Shown piece after piece: positions 26,808 through 32,000 of a stretch of 32,000 nt of DNA; position 1 is the first letter of the stretch, and each line of letters starts with the position of its first letter. This DNA is from Delftia acidovorans NBRC 14950 (GTDB lineage Bacteria; Pseudomonadota; Gammaproteobacteria; Burkholderiales; Burkholderiaceae_C): contig NZ_BCZP01000001.1 of NCBI RefSeq assembly GCF_001598795.1, forward strand, positions 540,001-572,000, given 5' to 3'. The notes under the pieces were generated by a model. It searched no databases. It saw nothing but the letters and a program-made list of their open reading frames with translations, and was not told where the DNA came from. The translations under genes were made by a program, and so were the position numbers.

Positions 26808-28442
26808 TCAGCTGGCTACGGGGCCGGGCCGCCTGTCCTCGACGGTGAAGCGGGCTAGCGTGTAGATGCGGCTGTCGGCGCGCATGGGGTTGGCCACGGC
26901 ACGCAGCTCGCTGGTCCAGCGTTCGGGCGTGATGTCTGCCAGGCCATAGCCGCGTTCCTCGCAGCGTGCGTACAGCACCTGCGGGTTGTGGGCGACGATG
27001 GCATCGACCTTGGCCTGTGTGGTGCCGCTGCGCGAGGTGATCGAGGTGCTGCAGAACTCGCTGGCCACGATGGGGTTGCGCCGTTCGGGCGCGGCCTCGG
27101 GATCGGCATGCACGGCACAGACGTAGTTCTGGTGCAGGTCGCCGCCCAGCAGCACGCTGTTGCGCGGCGTGGGCTGGGCGCCCGGCGTGAGGTGGCGCAC
27201 CAGGCGCTGGCGCGCGGCCGGGTAGCCGTCCCAGCTGTCCGTGGCCTGCGATCCCGAGGGCGGCCGGTGCGCCGACAGCAGGGTGGGCTGGGCCAGGATG
27301 CTCCAGCGCGGCCCCTCGCTGCCCTGGTGGCGTGCGTCCTCGGCCAGTTGGCGGTACAGCCACTGCTCCTGGGTCCAGCCCAGGAAGCTGCGCGCCGTGT
27401 CCGACAGGGCCGCACATTGCGCAGGGCGCACGCTGCCCTTGTCTGCCTCGCCCTCGGTGCGGCAGGCCTGGGCGCTGCGGTACTGGCGGCCGTCCAGCAG
27501 ATGCAGCCGGGCCAGCCGGCCCCATTGCAGGCTGCGGTACAGCTGCAGTCCGCCGCCGCCATGCGATGCCCCGGCGCCCGTCAGCGCGCTGGCACGCAGC
27601 GGCATGTTCTCGTAGAAGGCCTGCCATGCGGCCATGCGCCGGGCCAGGAAACGCGCGGCATCGCCCTGGCCCTGGTCGCCCGCGTAGTTGTTCTCCACCT
27701 CATGGTCGTCCCAGCCCACGGACCAGTTGCACAGGGCGTGCGCGGCCTGCAGCAGCGGGTCGCTCTTGTGCAGGGCGTAGCGGTCGCGGTAGTCCTGCAG
27801 GGTCTGCGCGGCGCGCAGGCTGTGCGTGCGGGCCAGGCCCAGCGTCATGGCGGGCGTGGCGTATTCGTAGATGTAGTCGCCCAGGAAGATCACCAGGTCC
27901 GGCGCATCCTGCACCACCTGGCGCCAGGCCGCGTAGTAGCCGTGCTCCCAGCGCTGGCAGGAGGCATAGGCCAGGCGCAGGCGCTGCGGCATGCTGCCGG
28001 GGGCGGGCGCCGTGCGGCAGCGGCCCGTGCCGCTGACCGCCTGTCCCAGCATGAAGCGGTAGTGGTACCAGCGGTCGGGCGCCAGTCCTCCCACCTGAAC
28101 ATGCACGCCGTGGCCCCATTCGGGCTGGGCCATGGCCTCGCCGCTGCGCACGATCTGGCGGAACAGCGGGTCGTGCGCCAGCTCCCAGCGGATCTTGAGC
28201 GCAGGCATGGCCGTGGTGTCGGTCTCGCCCAGCTGGGCCAGCGGTGGCGTCAGCCGCGTCCACAGCAGCACGTTGTCGGGTTCGGGGTCGCCGCTGGCCA
28301 CGCCCAGCGTGAAGGGGTTGTGCGCAGGCCGCTCGCCCAGCCGGGCCCAGGCAGGCAACTGGCCCAGCGCCGTGGCCAGGCCCGAGCCGACCAGAAACTG
28401 GCGCCGCGGTGCAGGGACGGAGGCGCTGAAGGGCAGGTGCAT
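26808..28442 (-). CDS. phoD: alkaline phosphatase D family phosphodiesterase/phosphatase, Tat-exported
   Basis: The twin-arginine signal is PRRQFLVGSGLATALG. PhoD-type metallophosphatase motifs are present (VIFLGDYIYEY, GWDDHEVENNY, VLLGGDLHQNY). The start is chosen at ATG 28442, because the track start 28466 is a TTG. Confidence 0.88.
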   Translation of the reverse strand: MHLPFSASVPAPRRQFLVGSGLATALGQLPAWARLGERPAHNPFTLGVASGDPEPDNVLLWTRLTPPLAQLGETDTTAMPALKIRWELAHDPLFRQIVRSGEAMAQPEWGHGVHVQVGGLAPDRWYHYRFMLGQAVSGTGRCRTAPAPGSMPQRLRLAYASCQRWEHGYYAAWRQVVQDAPDLVIFLGDYIYEYATPAMTLGLARTHSLRAAQTLQDYRDRYALHKSDPLLQAAHALCNWSVGWDDHEVENNYAGDQGQGDAARFLARRMAAWQAFYENMPLRASALTGAGASHGGGGLQLYRSLQWGRLARLHLLDGRQYRSAQACRTEGEADKGSVRPAQCAALSDTARSFLGWTQEQWLYRQLAEDARHQGSEGPRWSILAQPTLLSAHRPPSGSQATDSWDGYPAARQRLVRHLTPGAQPTPRNSVLLGGDLHQNYVCAVHADPEAAPERRNPIVASEFCSTSITSRSGTTQAKVDAIVAHNPQVLYARCEERGYGLADITPERWTSELRAVANPMRADSRIYTLARFTVEDRRPGPVAS

Positions 28443-28502
28443 GGCGGTTCGGGGCAGGTGGCGCAAAAAAGCGGGGAAAGACGGGGCGTGGCCCTGGGTG
28501 GA

Positions 28503-30101
28503 TCAAAGGCCGGCGCCTGCATTTCCAACTGGTTGCCATTGTGCGCCTGATGCCGTGGCAATGCAGTGTTTGCCGCGCTCCTTGGCCTGCAGCATGGCGG
28601 TGTCGGCGCGGCGCAGCACGTCCATGCCGTTTTCGTGGCTTTGCAACTGGGCGACGCCCGCGCTGAAGCTCAGGGGCCGGGGTGCGGGCTGGCCTGGGGG
28701 CTGAGCAGATACGGGCAAAGGCGCCTGCTCCAGCAGCTGCAGAAGGCGCTGCAGTGCCTGGGCACCCGCCGTCTCCGGGGTCTGCGGCAGCAGCAGCACG
28801 AAGGCCTGGCCTTCATAGCGGCCCACCACGTCTTCCGGGCGCAGCCCTTGGCGCGCCAACTGGGCCACATGCACCAGCGCGGCATCGCCCATGGCATGCC
28901 CCAGCTCGGCATTGAGGGCCTGCATGCCGTCCATATCGACCAGGGCAACGCTCAGCGGCTGGCCATGGCGCTGTGCGCGTGCCACCTCGCGGTCCAGTGC
29001 CTCGCTCACGCCCAGGCGGTTGAGCTGGCCGGTCAGCGGGTCGTGGCGTGCGCGGCGCGCGGCCTCGTCCAGCTCCTGCTGCAGTGTTTCGATGCGGGCC
29101 TCGCAGGCATCGACATGGGCGCGCAGCGCCTGCAGCTCCTCCTGGGCCACGCGGCTGCCGGCGGCCATGGTGCGCGTGGCCTCCAGCACCTGCTGCAGCA
29201 GCGGGGCTGCGTCTTCCAGGCGCTGGATGCCGTCCAGCTGGCGTGCCGCCTCTTCCATGCGGGCGCCCAGCGTTTCGTTGCTGCTCGTGATCTGCGCCAG
29301 ATGCTGGACGAAGCCGCCCAGCATGTCCCTGAGCGCCTGCTGTGCGGCGGCCATGCCGTCCTGCAACTGCAGGCGCCGGTGGATCACGGTCTGCAGCTCG
29401 CGCCGTGCATCGGCCAGGGGCGCGGGCGACAGCGGCGGGGTGATGGCCTGCTCGATGGCCGTGAGCTGCTGCACCAGCCAGCTGCCATGCGTGGGGTCCT
29501 GGGCCAGGTGCTGCACCAGGGTCTGCAGCAACTCCTGCATCAACTGCAGGACCTGAAGCTGGTCGGCGATGGCGAACGACAGCTGGTAGTGCTGGTCGTG
29601 CAGGCGCCGCGCCAGGGCCTTGGCATCCACGGGCGGCGATTGCAGCTGCTCCATCAGCTGCTGGTGCAGTTGCCCGGTTTTGGTGTCCTGGGTGTCCAGC
29701 AGCGTGGACAAGGCCTCGAAGCGCCGCGCCAACTGCTGGGTCAGGTCGTCGGGCAGGGCCTGGACGGGCGGCGGCACGGGCAGCTCCACGGGCCTGGCCT
29801 CATGGGCAGGCGGCTGCAGGGCCGCGTTGGCATAGGCGGTGATGACCTGCTGCAGGCCTTGCCAGTCGCTGCGCTCTATGGCGGCGCCCAACTGGTCGCG
29901 CAACCGCTTTTGGCCGGGCGTCTGCGCAGGCAGCAGCGCGTGGACGTGGCGCAGCGGGCCCTGGGGAAAGCTGGCGGGGCCGGGCTCGCCGGCCGCCTGT
30001 TCATAAAGGCGGGTGTAGTTTTCCGGGGTGGGCGGCAGGCGGTTCAGCGCCAGTTGCCGCAGGGTTTCGCGTGCCAGTTCGGAAGCGGAGCGCTCGGCCA
30101 T
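28503..30101 (-). CDS. GGDEF-domain protein with degenerate A-site (EGQAF) and intact I-site (RPED), plus long N-terminal helical/coiled-coil region
   Basis: The C-terminal ~165 aa align by eye to PleD-type GGDEF domains (DPLTGQLNR, VDMDGMQALNAELGHAMGD, RPEDVVGRYEGQAFVLLLP, RADTAMLQAKERGKH). EGQAF is encoded at 28800-28814 and RPED at 28830-28841. Confidence 0.85.
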   Translation of the reverse strand: MAERSASELARETLRQLALNRLPPTPENYTRLYEQAAGEPGPASFPQGPLRHVHALLPAQTPGQKRLRDQLGAAIERSDWQGLQQVITAYANAALQPPAHEARPVELPVPPPVQALPDDLTQQLARRFEALSTLLDTQDTKTGQLHQQLMEQLQSPPVDAKALARRLHDQHYQLSFAIADQLQVLQLMQELLQTLVQHLAQDPTHGSWLVQQLTAIEQAITPPLSPAPLADARRELQTVIHRRLQLQDGMAAAQQALRDMLGGFVQHLAQITSSNETLGARMEEAARQLDGIQRLEDAAPLLQQVLEATRTMAAGSRVAQEELQALRAHVDACEARIETLQQELDEAARRARHDPLTGQLNRLGVSEALDREVARAQRHGQPLSVALVDMDGMQALNAELGHAMGDAALVHVAQLARQGLRPEDVVGRYEGQAFVLLLPQTPETAGAQALQRLLQLLEQAPLPVSAQPPGQPAPRPLSFSAGVAQLQSHENGMDVLRRADTAMLQAKERGKHCIATASGAQWQPVGNAGAGL

Positions 30102-30159
30102 GGGTGGGCAGTTGTTTCAGAATGCAATGCCCTCCAGTGTGGCATGGCCAGCGCCCGGT

Positions 30160-31140
30160 TCACTGCTCGTTGACCATCACCAGCTTGCCCTGCACCTGGC
30201 GCGATCCCATGCGCGCATAGGCGGCGTGCAGCTCGGCCATGGGCATGGTGCGGTCGATCACGGGCTTGATCTTTCCCTGGCCGTACCACTGCGCCAGCTC
30301 CTGCATCATGGCCGCATTGGCCTTGGGCTCGCGCCGGGAGAACTCGCCCCAGAAGACGCCCACCAGCGATGCGCCCTTGAGCAGCGGCAGGTTCAGCGGC
30401 AGGGCAGGAATCGGGCCTGCGGCAAAGCCCACGATCAGATAACGGCCGCGCCAGGCGATGGAGCGGAAGGCCGGCTCGGCGAAGTCGCCGCCCACGGGGT
30501 CGTAGACCACGTCGGGGCCCTTGCCGTCGGTGGCTTCCTTGATGGCGGCGCGCAGATCGCCCTGGCTGTAGTTGATGGTGGCGTCGGCGCCCTGTGCCTT
30601 GCACAGCGCGCACTTTTCGTCGGTGGAGGCCGCTGCGATCACACGCGCGCCCGTCGCCTTGGCGATCTGGATGGCGGCAGTGCCCACGCCGCCTGCCGCA
30701 CCCAGCACCAGCACGGTCTCGCCCGCGCGCAACTGGCCGCGGTCGATCAGCGCATGGTGCGAGGTGGCATAGGTCATGATGAAGGCCGCAGCATCGACGA
30801 AGCTGAAACCGTCTGGCAGCGGCATGCAAAGCGCGGCCGGCGCCAGCGTATGGGTGCCGAAGCCACCCGTGCCCGACAGGCAGGCCACGCGCTGGCCCAC
30901 GGCCAGGTGGCTCACGCCTTCACCCACGGCCTGGACCACGCCCGCGTATTCCGAGCCCGGCACGAACGGCAGCTCAGGCTTCATCTGGTACTTGTTCTGC
31001 ACGATCAGCAGATCGGGAAAGTTCAGGCTGGCCGCCTTCACTTCGAGCAGTACCTGCCCCGGGCCCGGCGTGGGCGTGGGCAGCTGCGTCCACTGCAGTT
31101 GATCGACGCCTGTGGGCGTGGTGCAAAGCCAAGCGTGCAT
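30160..31140 (-). CDS. NADPH:quinone oxidoreductase / zeta-crystallin-like medium-chain dehydrogenase-reductase
   Basis: The product is 326 aa and AGGAGA precedes ATG 31140. The MDR pattern is present (LEVKAASLNFPDLL, PFVPGSEYAGVV), with nucleotide motif VLVLGAAGGVGTAAIQIAK. No structural-zinc Cys cluster is present. Confidence 0.88.
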   Translation of the reverse strand: MHAWLCTTPTGVDQLQWTQLPTPTPGPGQVLLEVKAASLNFPDLLIVQNKYQMKPELPFVPGSEYAGVVQAVGEGVSHLAVGQRVACLSGTGGFGTHTLAPAALCMPLPDGFSFVDAAAFIMTYATSHHALIDRGQLRAGETVLVLGAAGGVGTAAIQIAKATGARVIAAASTDEKCALCKAQGADATINYSQGDLRAAIKEATDGKGPDVVYDPVGGDFAEPAFRSIAWRGRYLIVGFAAGPIPALPLNLPLLKGASLVGVFWGEFSRREPKANAAMMQELAQWYGQGKIKPVIDRTMPMAELHAAYARMGSRQVQGKLVMVNEQ

Positions 31141-31257
31141 GGTGGTTGTCTCCTGTGATTGAATGCCTGGCCGATGATAGGAGTGTGGTGGGAATGCCTC
31201 CTGTCCCTCGGGCGACGAGACGCCCGCCTACAATCGCCCGCAATCCCTGCTGTATCC

Positions 31258-32000
31258 ATGAAGATTCTCATTTGTAACGACGACGGCTACCAGGCGCCCG
31301 GCATCCAGGCCCTGTACGAGGCGCTGCGCACGGTGGCAGACGTCGAGGTGGTGGCACCGGAGCACAACAACAGTGCCAAGTCCAACGCCCTGACGCTGAA
31401 CGCGCCGCTGTATGTGCACCAGGCCCACAACGGCTTTCGCTATGTCAATGGCACGCCTGCGGACTGCGTGCACATCGCCCTGACCGGCCTGCTGGGCTAC
31501 CGGCCCGACCTGGTGGTCTCCGGCATCAACAACGGCGCCAACATGGGCGACGACACCATCTATTCCGGCACCGTGGGCGCCGCCATGGAGGGTTTTCTGT
31601 TCGGCATTCCCTCCATTGCCTTCTCGCAGGTGGACAAGGGCTGGTCCGAGATCGAGGCCGCTGCCGCCGCCGCGCGCCAGCTGGTCATGGACATGCAATC
31701 GCAGGAACTGATCGGCCTGTCACCCTGGCTGCTCAACGTGAACATTCCCAACATGCCCTTGTCCGCGCTCAAGCCCCTCAAGCTGTGCCGGCTGGGCCGC
31801 CGCCATGCGGCCGAACGCGTCATCACCCAGGAGAGCCCGCGCGGCGAAATGATGTACTGGATAGGCAGCGCAGGCGCGGCCAAGGATGACTCGGAGGGCA
31901 CGGACTTCCACGCCACGGCGCACGGCCATGTGTCCGTCACGCCGCTGAAGGTCGACCTGACCGACCATGACAACCTGGGCTACTGGGCACAGACGGCGGC
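31258..32000 (+). CDS. surE: 5'/3'-nucleotidase SurE (3' end beyond window edge)
   Basis: This gene is not in the supplied ORF track because no stop is reached. My manual translation from ATG 31258 gives [47 protein letters not shown]...[24 protein letters not shown]... with no stops to position 32000. The DDG and SGTV(G)AA motifs are diagnostic of SurE. Confidence 0.93.
   Translation, partial: MKILICNDDGYQAPGIQALYEALRTVADVEVVAPEHNNSAKSNALTLNAPLYVHQAHNGFRYVNGTPADCVHIALTGLLGYRPDLVVSGINNGANMGDDTIYSGTVGAAMEGFLFGIPSIAFSQVDKGWSEIEAAAAAARQLVMDMQSQELIGLSPWLLNVNIPNMPLSALKPLKLCRLGRRHAAERVITQESPRGEMMYWIGSAGAAKDDSEGTDFHATAHGHVSVTPLKVDLTDHDNLGYWAQTA

Overview
High-GC (about 67%) chromosomal segment that looks like a betaproteobacterium, probably Burkholderiales/Comamonadaceae. 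That assignment is an inference from protein sequences and codon bias. No searches were possible, so all family calls rest on motifs read from the translations. The window is densely coding and mostly housekeeping or metabolic. In order it contains: a TonB-dependent receptor 3' end; a panE-like reductase; a gabD-gabT operon with a divergent MocR/GabR-type regulator; a GNAT; a CYTH protein; rpoD and dnaG; an OmpR-type response regulator and sensor kinase directly upstream of dnaG; a divergent SPFH/band-7 gene plus a secreted SH3b-like 490-aa protein; an AMP-forming acyl-CoA synthetase; a tight parD-like/map/emrE-like operon; ndh (NDH-2); phoD, gltS and a two-HKD phospholipase-D lipoprotein; a GGDEF protein with a degenerate active site; a quinone oxidoreductase; and surE. 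surE runs off the 3' edge and is missing from the supplied ORF track. There are no rRNA or tRNA genes, CRISPR arrays, transposases or integrases. Many long ORFs in the track are antisense or out-of-frame shadow ORFs typical of high-GC DNA. Several track ORFs are also read-through fusions whose real starts lie internally. I found no clear-cut novel system. The best candidates for follow-up are: (1) the four-gene envelope module, made of RR plus HK with an unassignable ~375-aa periplasmic domain facing the SPFH and SH3b-like proteins, with 10-nt direct repeats in the shared promoter region; (2) a TA-like architecture (RHH ParD-like gene, ATGA overlap, upstream palindrome) whose downstream partner is a methionine aminopeptidase paralog followed by an SMR pump; (3) a GGDEF protein with an EGQAF A-site but an intact RxxD I-site; (4) a 471-bp intergenic region whose intrinsic terminator points the wrong way for the annotated genes, suggesting an unannotated minus-strand RNA.
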